A DNA stretch of 64,000 nt from Bacteroidales bacterium (GCA_045616665.1 JAZLHE010000066.1:1800-65799), one strand, 5' to 3'. Positions 28,636 to 38,920 are shown, counted from the first letter of the stretch. A program made the numbers and translations. Notes: generated by a model from the sequence alone, not told the origin.

Positions 28636-28922
28636 TTCTTTCTTTGCCACCCAAAGAAAGTAACCCAAGAAAGGTTTTCCCGCTAATGAAGAGACGCGGC
28701 GCTCCACGACAATTTCCCTCCTTTGTTGTGTATCTCAACGGATTGAAATATTAAACACAGTCTGTGTTACACAACAAAAAGGAGGGGTGGCCGTAGGCCG
28801 GGGTGGTGAAATCGGACAGTTGTCGGCTAAACGCTGAAACTCGCTGGCCTCGCAGGTCTGGGTGGTTGCTGCCGGCTTGATCTTTTGACTACCTTTCTAT
28901 CAAGAAAAAAGTAGCCAAAAGT
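28636..28922. repeat. Non-coding MITE-like / structured repeat element
   Basis: Related terminal hairpins in inverted orientation (CTTTCTTTGCCACCCAAAGAAAGTAACC ... CTTTTGACTACCTTTCTATCAAGAAAAAAGTAGCCAAAAG) and an internal long hairpin CCCTCCTTTGTTGTGTA / TACACAACAAAAAGGAGGG. Confidence 0.55.
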
Positions 28923-29013
28923 TATTAATAAAAATGAAGATTTTGCAAGTCAAAAGGAAACAATTCCGAAAATTTTTGTATTTTTGCACTCTGAAACGAA
29001 ATGTGTGCAAAAT

Positions 29014-29682
29014 ATGAATAACGACCAAATGACGGAATCGGTGCTGGCGGTGGCTGAAAAGCTGTTCGGCCACTATGGCATTGAAAAAACGTCGATGGAC
29101 GATATCGCAAAGGCTGCCCATAAGTCAAAACGTTCGTTATATAATTATTTCACGGGAAAGGAAGATATTTTCCGAAAAGTCTTGATTCGTGAGATTGATG
29201 ATATTAGGGCCAAGGCCAATGAGATTTTGGACAAGAACATCAGGAAGCGTCCCTGTTCACTCTTGAAGGCCTATCTGCTACTGCGTCCGGAACTGATACG
29301 TGGGGCATTGGCTTTTTGTCAGGTGCTGAAAACCAAATTTCAGGACGATATGGCTTATCAGTTGCTCAATGTCAACGAAATCGTTCAAGAATTTAATCAT
29401 TGGGAACATTCGCTGTTCCAGCGTATCTGCGAAGTTCACGCGCGAAATGAGTTCAACGAATGTGAGTCGGCCAATTTCGCGTTGGCGTATGCCGATATGA
29501 TGCAGATGGCGCTGCAGGGTATGAATTATGCCTTCTTCGTGGAGGACAAATATGAGCAATATAAGGTTTCTTATACGCATTTGGTGAATGTCATTATTGA
29601 TAGCGTGGAAAACAAACTTGATTCTAAAAAAGAAAAAATCGGCGTGATGTTATTAAAAATCAATAGAAAATCTAAAAAGTAA
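29014..29682 (+). CDS. TetR/AcrR family transcriptional regulator
   Basis: N-terminal HTH LFGHYGIEKTSMDDIAKAAHKSKRSLYNYFTGKEDIF. Promoter TATTTTTG at 28979-28986. Confidence 0.92.
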   Translation: MNNDQMTESVLAVAEKLFGHYGIEKTSMDDIAKAAHKSKRSLYNYFTGKEDIFRKVLIREIDDIRAKANEILDKNIRKRPCSLLKAYLLLRPELIRGALAFCQVLKTKFQDDMAYQLLNVNEIVQEFNHWEHSLFQRICEVHARNEFNECESANFALAYADMMQMALQGMNYAFFVEDKYEQYKVSYTHLVNVIIDSVENKLDSKKEKIGVMLLKINRKSKK

Positions 29683-29686
29683 AAAT

Positions 29687-30187
29687 ATGAAAAGAAACAT
29701 TTTGTGTTTATTGCTAATGGTGGCAATGGTTTGCGTGTCGTGCAACAAGGAAGTGAAAAAGGCTTCTGGGGATTACAGCTTTAAAATGTCCGGGAAAGTG
29801 GATTTTACCGATGCGGAAGGCAATACGGCTTTTATTTTCTACTCGGAACGTGGTCAAATGAACATTTTGGCCGACAAAAAAGGCCATAAAGGCGATATTA
29901 TCGTGACTTTCAATACGATGAATGGAAGCAATTATTCCTGTACCGGAAAAATCGAGGGGGATTCCATTTTCTTTGATACCCACGAATATTTTACCAAGTT
30001 CAGTACGGCCGATACGGCATTAAATTCCTTGCAGATTGGTAAACTGTATAGAATAACCGCATCGGGAAAGGGTATTATCAATGACAATATGATTATTGCC
30101 GAAGAAAGTTGGACTGGTGTTAGGGAAGATGGCGAGGGAACTTCTATGAAAGCGGAAAAAATATCCGTGTTGGCTGAAAAGAATTAA
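29687..30187 (+). CDS. Hypothetical lipoprotein in the efflux operon
   Basis: Lipoprotein signal ending CVSC, tightly spaced between tetR and the MFP gene. Confidence 0.75.
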   Translation: MKRNILCLLLMVAMVCVSCNKEVKKASGDYSFKMSGKVDFTDAEGNTAFIFYSERGQMNILADKKGHKGDIIVTFNTMNGSNYSCTGKIEGDSIFFDTHEYFTKFSTADTALNSLQIGKLYRITASGKGIINDNMIIAEESWTGVREDGEGTSMKAEKISVLAEKN

Positions 30188-30201
30188 AAAAAGATACAAA
30201 G

Positions 30202-31263
30202 ATGAAGGATATATACTTTTTTTATATCAAAAATAGAAAAAAAACAGTGGTTTTGGGTTTGTTGATGCTTCCTATGGCCATTTTGATGTTTTCTTCTTGC
30301 AAACGGGAAGGCAAGGCGGATAAAGTTGCCCCCGTCAAGGTGAAAATCGTAACGATTGACACCATCCGTAGCGGAATGGTGCGTACCTACGTGGGCGAAA
30401 TCGAGGAAAGCGTGTCATTGGCGTTATCTTTTGCCACGGGCGGAAAAGTAGAAAAGGTGATGGTTCACGAAGGTGATTATGTACGAGAAGGTCAGTTGTT
30501 GGTGACCGTAAATAAGACCAATGCGCAAAGTGCCTATAATTCGGCAAAGGCACAGTTGGAGCAGGCCGAAGACGCCTATCGTCGCTTGAAACAGGTGTAT
30601 GAAAAGGGCAGTCTGGCGGAAGTGAAATGGGTGGAAATGTTAACCAATTTGGAAAAGGCGCGCTCTTTGGAACAAATCGCCCAAAAACAGCTGAATGATT
30701 GTGAACTATATGCTCCTTGCGCGGGAGTTGTAGGGACTTGCAATGCCAAAGTGGGTGGTGCACTGTTGCCTGGCGAACCTGCCGTAACGCTTTTGGGCGT
30801 CAACCAGGTGTCGGTGGTGTTTGCCGTTCCGGAAAACGAAGTGTCGGCAGTTCCTATCGGCCGCGAAACAGAAATCGTGGTGCCGGCGTTAAATGATTTG
30901 GTGTTGAAAGGGAAGGTGTCGGAAAAGAGTATCGCGTCAAATCCGGTGGCGCATAGCTACCAGGTGAAGATTGATTTGCCCAATGCCAATCGAAAACTGC
31001 TGCCCGGAATGGTCTGCAAAGTATATTTTTCACAGTCTAATGAGGCCGGTTTCGTCATTCCTGCCAATTGCGTCCAAACCCGACCGGAAGGCCTGAGTAT
31101 ATGGTTGGTGAAAAATGGAAAGCCCGAACGCCGCATTATCGAGGCCGCGGAATACGTGGTGAACGGTGTTCTGGTAACCAAAGGGCTTTATCAGGACGAT
31201 ACGTTGATTGTGGCCGGTCAGCAAAAGTTGTTCACGGGGGCCGAAATCGTCATTGCCGAATAA
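30202..31263 (+). CDS. RND efflux periplasmic adaptor (MFP)
   Basis: Lipoyl motif GKVEKVMVHEGDYVREGQLL, alpha-hairpin, LYAPCAGVV and LLPGM. Confidence 0.93.
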   Translation: MKDIYFFYIKNRKKTVVLGLLMLPMAILMFSSCKREGKADKVAPVKVKIVTIDTIRSGMVRTYVGEIEESVSLALSFATGGKVEKVMVHEGDYVREGQLLVTVNKTNAQSAYNSAKAQLEQAEDAYRRLKQVYEKGSLAEVKWVEMLTNLEKARSLEQIAQKQLNDCELYAPCAGVVGTCNAKVGGALLPGEPAVTLLGVNQVSVVFAVPENEVSAVPIGRETEIVVPALNDLVLKGKVSEKSIASNPVAHSYQVKIDLPNANRKLLPGMVCKVYFSQSNEAGFVIPANCVQTRPEGLSIWLVKNGKPERRIIEAAEYVVNGVLVTKGLYQDDTLIVAGQQKLFTGAEIVIAE

Positions 31264-31329
31264 ATATAAAAGGCAACAGAAATTGTTGCCGTGTTTTCAA
31301 TAAATTTGAACAGATAAAAACTTTATCCA

Positions 31330-34300
31330 GTGTCTAAAAAAACAAATCATATACAGTCTGCTATGCGCTATCATAAGATTATCTTCTTGATAGTGTCGTG
31401 TTTGGTGGTGTTGGGCTTTTACAGTATGACGCAGATGAATAAGGATGAATTTCCGCAGTTCACCATTCGCCAGGGAGTCGTGGCCGCCATTTATCCCGGT
31501 GCGTCAGCCACGGAAATTGAGGAACAGGTAACCAAGCCGTTGGAGGATTTTCTTTTTACTTACGATGAGATTGATAAGGAGAAAACCCATTCTGTCTCTG
31601 AAAACGGAATCGTTTATATTTTTGCCGAACTGCGTGTGACGGTGGAAGATAAGGATGAGGTGTGGTCTAAAATCAGACACGGTCTGACTTTATTCAAAAA
31701 GACTTCCTTGCCTGCGGGCGTTTTGGAAGTGGTGGTGGTAGATGATTTCGGTAATACTTCGTCTATGCTCTTGGCGGTAGAATCGCCCGACCGCACGCCC
31801 CGCGAACTGGAGTCGTTCGCCGACCAAATCAATGAGCAGCTGCGCACGATTCCCGCTATGGGAAATTTGAAGATCTTGGGCCAGCAGAAAGAGGAAATCG
31901 CTGTGTTGATAGATCAGGAAAAGTTGGCGGCGTATGGCATCAGTCAGCGTTCGTTGCTGGTGGAGTTGGCCACCCAGGGATTCCGTACCATTGGCGGTAC
32001 CATCGAAAATGAGGCAGGAGAGTCTATGGTGCATTTGTCAATCCCTTATCAGTCTGAATATGAAGTGGGAGAACAGATTATCTATGCCGATCCGACGGGA
32101 AATGTCATCAGACTGCGAGATATTGCGAAAATTAAGCGTAGATACGCCAAACCGAAAAGTTATGTGAATTATGATACGGCAGAGGCGGTGATTATCTCTA
32201 TGGAAATGTCACCGGGCAACAACATTGTGGCTTTCGGCAAGGAAGTGGAAAAACGCATCGAAAAAGTGAAGCAGACGCTGCCGCCGGATGTGCAAATTCA
32301 TAAAATCACCAATCAGCCGCAAGTGGTAAACGATTCGGTGTTGTCTTTTTTGCGCGACTTATTGATCTCTATCATTGTCATCATCGTGGTGATGATGTTG
32401 CTGTTCCCGCTGCGTACGGCTTTGGTGGCCAGCACGAGCGTGCCGGTCTGCACGGCCATCACCTTGGGTTTTATGTATTTGTGCGGCATTGAGTTAAATA
32501 CGGTTACCTTGGCCGCGTTGATTGTGGTGCTGGGTTTGATTGTGGATGATTCGGTGATTATCATTGACGGTTATGTCGATTTTCTGAATGAAGGGCATTC
32601 TCGTTGGTATTCGGCGGTGACGAGTACCAAACAGCTGTTTGTGCCGATGTCGTTGGCTACTTTGGCCATTTCGGGTATGTTTTTTCCAATGACGAAGATC
32701 ATTACGGGACCATTGGGCGATTTTGTGCAATTGTTCCCTTGGACCATTACTTTCGCCTTGGTGGCTTCTATTTTCTATGCGGTCTGGGTGATTCCTTTCC
32801 TGTCAACGCAGTTTATCAAAAGGCGTCTGCCCACACAGCAAATTGGAAAATTTGAAAAGGCACAAAACTGGTTTTTTGATTTTCTGCAAAATACATACAA
32901 TAAAATATTGGAAAAATGTTTTGTTCATCCTGCCATTACCATTTTATGCACCGTTTCGGCAGTGTTGTTGGGGGTTGTTTTGTTTTTGAATTTGGATGTG
33001 CAGATGTTGCCAAAAGCCGACAGAAATTGTTTTGCGGTGGAAATTCATTTGCAGGAGGGAAGCACTTTGGACCAGACTGCCGTCGTTGCCGACAGCTTGA
33101 GCCAAATCTTGCGGCAAGATAAGCGGGTGAAGGGAATTACTTCGTTTGTGGGCTGCGCTTCGCCACGTTTTCACGCGACTTACGCTCCGCAAATGGCCAA
33201 AAAAAGCTATGCGCAGTTTATTGTCAATACGACTGGCGAGGATGATACACGGGCCTTGTTGAAAGAATACGGACCAAAATACGAACACTATTTTCCCAAT
33301 GCTTACGCCCGTTTTAAGCAGATGGACTATCAGGCGGTGGGAAATCCTATCGAAATCCGCTTGTCTGGTGGGGATTTGGACTCGTTGAAGGTGGCGGCCG
33401 ACTCCTTGAAACGGTTTTTGAGTACGATTCCTGAACTGACTTGGATTCATTCGGATTTGGATGAAATCAGCCAAAACATCAGGGTGGTGCTGAATACGGA
33501 TGAGGCCACGCGTCTGGGCGTGACACAAAGTGTTCTGTCGCTTTATCTGTCGTCGGTGCTGGGCGGCCAGGAGTTGACCACGGTTTGGGAAGGCGACTAC
33601 AAGGTGCCTGTGATGTTGTATTCTTTGCAGGAAAATGACGATATGTCCTATCAGGATTTGGAATCGGTGATGATTCCGACTTCCATTCCCGGAACCTGGG
33701 TTCCGCTGCGTCAAGTGGCGACCGTGATGCCGGAATACCACGACGCAACCATCAACAGACGCAATAGTGTGCGTACGGTGACGGTGGGTGCCGATATCAA
33801 GTACGGTTTTAGCGAGCCCAGGTTGATGAAGCAAATTAAAAATTACGTGGAGAATGATTTCAATACCTATAAACCCGAAAATGTGTTGGTGGAATATGGA
33901 GGTTTGAGTGGGGCGAATGATAGTGTAATTCCACAGATAGTCGTGTCGATTTTGGCTGCATTGCTGGTGCTGTTTGCCTTTCTGCTATATCATTTTCATC
34001 ATATCAAGTTGGTGATGCTGAATATGTCGGCATCGTTTATCTGTATTTTCGGGGCAACCCTCGGATTGACGCTCTTCGGCTTGGATTTCAGTATCACGGC
34101 AGTGTTGGGTTTGGTCAGTTTAATCGGTATTATTGTAAGAAATGGTATCATTATGTTTGAATATGCTGAAATGCTGCGTTCAGATCACCATTTGTCGGCA
34201 CGGGAAGCCGCTTTTGAGGCGGGCAAGCGCCGGTTGCGCCCGATTTTCCTGACTTCTGCAGCCGCAGCGTTAGGTGTGGTGCCGATGATTATCGCTCACA

Positions 34301-35778
34301 CATCGCTGTGGATGCCAATGGGCGTGGTCATCTGTTTCGGTACGATTTTCTCATTTCCTTTTGTTGTAACGCTCTTGCCGGTATGTTATTGGCAACTTTT
34401 CGAAAGTAATGATAAAAAAATGAATTTGGCTTTTATCAAACATCTTAAAAAACACGTTGTTACCGTGATGTTGTTGTGTCTGGCGATGCCGTTTGCTTCC
34501 GCTCAGTCTTTGTCGCTGGATAGTTGCAAAACTTTGGCATTGCAGAATAACGTGGCGGTGAAGAATGCCGCTTTGGATGTGCTGGCGGCGCGCAAAGTGC
34601 AAAATCAGGTGCTCACCAAATATTTTCCCAATATCAGTGTCGTGGCAGGCGGCTACCAAACGTTGAATCCATTGATTGAATTTGGTATTGAAGACGTGAA
34701 AAACGCGGAAGCACGTCAAATGCTTTACAATATGTATGCTGAATATGGCGCCACGACGGGTTTGCCCAATAGCATTTCGTTGTGTGAAAAGGGAATGGCA
34801 GTGGGGGCCACGGCGGTGCAGCCCGTGTTTATGGGCGGACAAATCGTAAACGGGAGCAAATTGGCGAAAGTAGGCGTTGAGGCGGCGGAATTGCAGAACG
34901 AACTGACCAAGGAAAAATTGGTGCAGCAAACGGAAGAGGGCTATTGGCTGGTGGTTTCACTTCAGGAAAAAAAGAAAACCTTGCAGCAGGCAATGGTTTT
35001 CCTGGACACGCTTTACAGAGATGTTTCCGCGGCCAAAGAGGCAGGTCTGGTGACCCAAAACGACCAGTTAAAAGTAGTGCTGAAGCAAAATGAGTTCAAA
35101 TCAAATATGTTGAAGGTCAATAATGGAATCGTGCTCGCCACGATGGCCTTGTGCCAGGTGATTGGTGTGGAGTATTCTGATAATCTGCAGTTGACGGACG
35201 TGATAGGAGATTATCCTGTTGAGTTGGAAGAAAAAGATGCGGCATCGGCAGTTTCACGGCGCAAAGAATCACAATTGCTGAACTTGAATGTGCGCGCCGA
35301 GCAGTTGAAGAAGAAAATCACTATCGGGGAAACGCTGCCTCATATTATGGTTGGAGCAGGAGCCTCGTACGGAAATTTGATTCTGGACCGCTATAAATTC
35401 AATGGTCTGGCTTTTGCCACGGTGCAAGTGCCGTTAACCAATTGGTGGGAAACCGCCTATAAGATCCAACAGCAGAAAATTATGATTCAAAAGGCAGAAA
35501 ACGACCGTAGTGACTTGACACAAAAAATGATGCTTGAAGTGCAGCAGGCCTGGAATAATTTGGATGAAGCCGCCAATCAAATCGAATTGATGAAAGTGAC
35601 GGTTCAAGATGCCGAGATTAATTCTCAGACTTCATTGGTCAATTATCAGGCGGGAATGATACCTATTTCTGAACTCCTGGAGGCGCAAACCCTGTACAGG
35701 CAGGCACAAGACCAGTTGGTGGATGCCCAAATCTCCTTCAAAATCAAGTGGGCACGTTATCAGACGTTGGTGAAATAG
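31330..35778 (+). CDS. RND (AcrB/AcrD/AcrF-like) permease fused in frame to a TolC-family outer-membrane factor
   Basis: YPGASATEIEEQVTKPLE, IVDDSVI, IVRNGII and RLRPIFLTS in roughly the first 1030 aa. Then an internal signal peptide (M1031...ASA|Q) and an OMF domain (LSLDSCKTLALQNN, QPVFMGG, YQAGMIPISELLEAQ). Confidence 0.9.
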   Translation: MSKKTNHIQSAMRYHKIIFLIVSCLVVLGFYSMTQMNKDEFPQFTIRQGVVAAIYPGASATEIEEQVTKPLEDFLFTYDEIDKEKTHSVSENGIVYIFAELRVTVEDKDEVWSKIRHGLTLFKKTSLPAGVLEVVVVDDFGNTSSMLLAVESPDRTPRELESFADQINEQLRTIPAMGNLKILGQQKEEIAVLIDQEKLAAYGISQRSLLVELATQGFRTIGGTIENEAGESMVHLSIPYQSEYEVGEQIIYADPTGNVIRLRDIAKIKRRYAKPKSYVNYDTAEAVIISMEMSPGNNIVAFGKEVEKRIEKVKQTLPPDVQIHKITNQPQVVNDSVLSFLRDLLISIIVIIVVMMLLFPLRTALVASTSVPVCTAITLGFMYLCGIELNTVTLAALIVVLGLIVDDSVIIIDGYVDFLNEGHSRWYSAVTSTKQLFVPMSLATLAISGMFFPMTKIITGPLGDFVQLFPWTITFALVASIFYAVWVIPFLSTQFIKRRLPTQQIGKFEKAQNWFFDFLQNTYNKILEKCFVHPAITILCTVSAVLLGVVLFLNLDVQMLPKADRNCFAVEIHLQEGSTLDQTAVVADSLSQILRQDKRVKGITSFVGCASPRFHATYAPQMAKKSYAQFIVNTTGEDDTRALLKEYGPKYEHYFPNAYARFKQMDYQAVGNPIEIRLSGGDLDSLKVAADSLKRFLSTIPELTWIHSDLDEISQNIRVVLNTDEATRLGVTQSVLSLYLSSVLGGQELTTVWEGDYKVPVMLYSLQENDDMSYQDLESVMIPTSIPGTWVPLRQVATVMPEYHDATINRRNSVRTVTVGADIKYGFSEPRLMKQIKNYVENDFNTYKPENVLVEYGGLSGANDSVIPQIVVSILAALLVLFAFLLYHFHHIKLVMLNMSASFICIFGATLGLTLFGLDFSITAVLGLVSLIGIIVRNGIIMFEYAEMLRSDHHLSAREAAFEAGKRRLRPIFLTSAAAALGVVPMIIAHTSLWMPMGVVICFGTIFSFPFVVTLLPVCYWQLFESNDKKMNLAFIKHLKKHVVTVMLLCLAMPFASAQSLSLDSCKTLALQNNVAVKNAALDVLAARKVQNQVLTKYFPNISVVAGGYQTLNPLIEFGIEDVKNAEARQMLYNMYAEYGATTGLPNSISLCEKGMAVGATAVQPVFMGGQIVNGSKLAKVGVEAAELQNELTKEKLVQQTEEGYWLVVSLQEKKKTLQQAMVFLDTLYRDVSAAKEAGLVTQNDQLKVVLKQNEFKSNMLKVNNGIVLATMALCQVIGVEYSDNLQLTDVIGDYPVELEEKDAASAVSRRKESQLLNLNVRAEQLKKKITIGETLPHIMVGAGASYGNLILDRYKFNGLAFATVQVPLTNWWETAYKIQQQKIMIQKAENDRSDLTQKMMLEVQQAWNNLDEAANQIELMKVTVQDAEINSQTSLVNYQAGMIPISELLEAQTLYRQAQDQLVDAQISFKIKWARYQTLVK

Positions 35779-35786
35779 TTGAGTTA

Positions 35787-36410
35787 TCACAGTCTAAAAC
35801 CGATGGGGTGGGTATTCCTGTCTGCTGATTTGTCATCAGCTTGCAGTTTAGCCAATGTTTGGTTGATGAGTTCAAGCTGTACGCCTATTTCATCGTTGAG
35901 TTTCGCCTGCAGTTGGTTAAGGTCGTTTTGGTTACGGAGAACATCTTCCACATAGTGGTTGAGGTTATCGACTTTGTGGTTGAGCTGTTCAATGCGCAAA
36001 TTTTCCCGAACTATGTTTGCCAAGGTCTGACGCATCGCTACAAATGCCCGCATAATGTTGATGTTGACCTGAATGGCGATGGGACTGCGTAGCAGTCCAG
36101 AAAGCATGGCAATACCTTCTTGGGTAAATGCAATTGAACCATATCTATTTCCACCCCAACTTGAGGTGCCATTTTGGCACCTCAAGATTGTATTCGTCTC
36201 GTTATCAGATAATTCAAACATAAAATCAGAAGGGAAACGTTCTATATTTCGTCGGACTTGTCTAGTTAATTGTTTGGTTTCAACTTGATATAATTCAGCT
36301 AAATCCCTATCCAACATCACTCTTTGGTCGCGGATTAGGTAGATTTTGGATTGAATACTATCAATATCAAAGCTGTCCATTGCGATAATGTGTTTTTCTA
36401 AATCTTCCAT
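35787..36410 (-). CDS. ORF6N domain DNA-binding protein
   Basis: IYLIRDQRVMLDRDLAELYQVETKQLTRQVRRNIERFPSDFMFEL, AFTQEGIAMLS, and a C-terminal PIGF. Confidence 0.92.
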   Translation of the reverse strand: MEDLEKHIIAMDSFDIDSIQSKIYLIRDQRVMLDRDLAELYQVETKQLTRQVRRNIERFPSDFMFELSDNETNTILRCQNGTSSWGGNRYGSIAFTQEGIAMLSGLLRSPIAIQVNINIMRAFVAMRQTLANIVRENLRIEQLNHKVDNLNHYVEDVLRNQNDLNQLQAKLNDEIGVQLELINQTLAKLQADDKSADRNTHPIGFRL

Positions 36411-36644
36411 AGTATTCAGTATTAAAATTTCTACCGTCAAAGATACTACATTTCGATGATAATTTTAATCGTAAAACACTGTTTTATAGATGCTTGAAAA
36501 ACTGCAAGAAACAATACCATTCTTGTCAACATAATATTAAAAATGTGCTACTTTTAATTTTTGACATTTACGTCCACATACCCATCGGTGGGGATAAATT
36601 TCGGAAGAAATTCTATCGGGGTCGGCAAAGCAATGGAAAGTTGA

Positions 36645-37361
36645 TTAGAACCCAATAAAATCCAATACTTGTTTACGGTCTGACTCGAAACTTAATTCTT
36701 CTATGCAGTCGGCATAATTATTGGGGTCGATGCAGGAAGAGTAGGCGTATTTCAAAAATTCGACCTTGGTTTTGTCGAAGTCGAAGGCTTGTGACAGACG
36801 TTTGATTTGGTGAGAGCCCAAGTTTCGGTTTTTCACGATTGATTTTGCCAATGACAATCTGTTGTCATCAAAAGATTCTTTGCGGATTTGCTGATACCAG
36901 TGTTCCACTTCTTCGAAAGTGCAGATATGCGCACCTCCTGATGTTGGCGTTGGTTGCGCTATGGCTTGATGATGAGGTTGTTTGGCTTGGGCGATGAGTT
37001 CCAACTGATTGTGCACGACATCATACGATACGAAAAAGGTTTCGGCCGGTTTTTTTGCATTGTAATGCATCATTGTAATTTTGTCGGCAGGATATTTGAG
37101 TACGACATATATATCGTGAGGACCGAGAGAAAGGTTGGGAATAGTAATTTCGCTAAGAATTTTAGAGCTGAGGAGATTGCCGTCCACATAGACCATAAAT
37201 GATTCATTGTGGTGGAGGGCGGCGAGGGTTAGGGAAGAGGAGGGCTGTGGAGGTTCTTGATGCCTTGGGAATTTGGGTCTGGGTTGCGCTATGGCAGAGA
37301 TGCAAATAAGGCATAGCGAAAGTAAAAAGAATGTCTTTTTCAGCATAATTTGTATTTTCAT
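36645..37361 (-). CDS. DUF4476-like secreted protein
   Basis: Signal peptide and C-terminal IRKESFDDNRL...FDFDKTKVEFLKYAY...DPNNY...FESD repeat pattern. Confidence 0.75.
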   Translation of the reverse strand: MKIQIMLKKTFFLLSLCLICISAIAQPRPKFPRHQEPPQPSSSLTLAALHHNESFMVYVDGNLLSSKILSEITIPNLSLGPHDIYVVLKYPADKITMMHYNAKKPAETFFVSYDVVHNQLELIAQAKQPHHQAIAQPTPTSGGAHICTFEEVEHWYQQIRKESFDDNRLSLAKSIVKNRNLGSHQIKRLSQAFDFDKTKVEFLKYAYSSCIDPNNYADCIEELSFESDRKQVLDFIGF

Positions 37362-37388
37362 TTTTGGATGTATTGGTTTTCTAAATTA

Positions 37389-38078
37389 TTATGGAATCCA
37401 ACGGCGGATAATTTCTGTAATTTTGCCGTTTTCGATGGTTACGAGCGTGTTTAGTGAATGGAAATCCCTGCGGCTGTCTTTTAGATTTTCAAGATAGAGT
37501 TTCTGATTGGTGCGTATGGTGTCGTTTGGGTCTCTGGGATCAAGGCCGCAGTCAATGATGACGAAATCTTCGGCCAATGCCACTTCTGCCTTTCCCAGAT
37601 TAGTATAAACGGCATGGTCATCCCAGATTTTGGCAACATAAGTTCCTCCTTCGTGGCCAACAAGCCAGCAGCCACCTTCTTCCAAACCCCCGTTGATGCT
37701 GATACCGCCATCGGTTTTTTCTATCGTGTTGACAACCATGGGTTGAGATTCGTAGATAAGCGTATCCCCCACCTTTATTTGAGAAATTTCCACCGCATCA
37801 TATAAATCTTTATTGAAAATGTTCATTGAGAGCATTCCATTCCAAATGTGCATTTCTGAATCTGCTATCCTATTTTCGTCAAGAAGAGTTTTGTTAGAAT
37901 CTGCCATAATCCAACGAAAATCGTCAGGTCTAAAAGAAGCCGGAACCGTGCAGTCTTTTAAGTTTTCAACGGAATAACCAGCTGGAAGTGGTTTAATTAG
38001 CTTGTAATCAATTTTTTGCGCACATCCAAATAAGAAGGATGATAACGCTAACAGAGCAAATACTTTTTTTGTTTTCAT
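37389..38078 (-). CDS. Hypothetical lipoprotein
   Basis: Lipobox LFGC after MKTKKVFALLAL; no family recognised. Confidence 0.7.
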   Translation of the reverse strand: MKTKKVFALLALSSFLFGCAQKIDYKLIKPLPAGYSVENLKDCTVPASFRPDDFRWIMADSNKTLLDENRIADSEMHIWNGMLSMNIFNKDLYDAVEISQIKVGDTLIYESQPMVVNTIEKTDGGISINGGLEEGGCWLVGHEGGTYVAKIWDDHAVYTNLGKAEVALAEDFVIIDCGLDPRDPNDTIRTNQKLYLENLKDSRRDFHSLNTLVTIENGKITEIIRRWIP

Positions 38079-38080
38079 TA

Positions 38081-38920
38081 TCATTTTATTGTGTTTTTTT
38101 GTTGAAGTTCCCAAAAAGCGACAGCACTGGCTGCTGCGACATTTAACGAATCCACGTTGTGTTGCATAGGAATTTTAACCACATAATCGCAAGTGGCAAT
38201 AGTGTTGGGGGATAATCCGTCTCCTTCGGTGCCCATCACTATCGCTAACTTTTTTTCGTTTTTCAAAATGGGATTATCCAAGGTGATGGCATTTTTTGAG
38301 AGTGCCATCGCCGCGGTCTGGAACCCCATTTCGTGTAATTTTGCGATTCCATTCAGCGGCCAGTCTGCAGTGTCGTGACTGATGAAGGCCCATGGAATTT
38401 GAAAAACCGTGCCCATACTGACACGTACTGTACGGCGGTTGAGCGGATGGCAGCAATCGGGTGTTAGCAGCACTGCATCCATCCCGAGGGCGGCAGCGGA
38501 GCGGAAAATGGAGCCTTCGTTGGTGACATTGGTAATGCCGTCGATGACCACTACACGGCGTGCGTTGGCACAAGCGTCAGTAAGGTTTTGGTCGGCAGGG
38601 CGCTTCATGGCGCAGAGCATTCCCTTGGTTAGATGATAACCGGTAATTTGAGTCAGCAGATTGATGTTGGCGGTATAGATGGGAATGTTGGGACAGCGTT
38701 CAATGACGTTTTTGGCATGGCTTTCAAGGATTTTGTCTTCCACCAGGATGGATATGGCTTCGTAGCCGGCGTCTAAGGCAATTTCGATGACCTTGGGACT
38801 TTCCGCTAAGAAAAAGCCGTTTTCGGGCGATTTCTTGTTTCGCATCTGGGCTTCCGTCAACATCGAAAAAATATCGACCCCCGGCATATCAAGTGTGGTA
38901 ATTTCAATTATGTTCGCCAT
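38081..38920 (-). CDS. TrmH/SpoU family RNA 2'-O-methyltransferase
   Basis: NEGSIFRSAAALG, RVSMG, MGTEGDGL and IPMQHNVDSLNVAAA SPOUT motifs. Confidence 0.93.
   Translation of the reverse strand: MANIIEITTLDMPGVDIFSMLTEAQMRNKKSPENGFFLAESPKVIEIALDAGYEAISILVEDKILESHAKNVIERCPNIPIYTANINLLTQITGYHLTKGMLCAMKRPADQNLTDACANARRVVVIDGITNVTNEGSIFRSAAALGMDAVLLTPDCCHPLNRRTVRVSMGTVFQIPWAFISHDTADWPLNGIAKLHEMGFQTAAMALSKNAITLDNPILKNEKKLAIVMGTEGDGLSPNTIATCDYVVKIPMQHNVDSLNVAAASAVAFWELQQKNTIK

Noticed and set aside
32944-33834. Long antisense ORFs (also 7271-8041, 24519-25163, 20597-21178, 34351-34929)
   Set aside because: They are shadows of well-supported genes on the opposite strand and carry no motifs of their own.
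35799-36589. 9-bp inverted repeat (ACCGATGGG / CCCATCGGT) around the ORF6N gene
   Set aside because: It is short, one copy lies inside the conserved PIGF-coding end of the gene, and there is no target duplication. It is likely chance.
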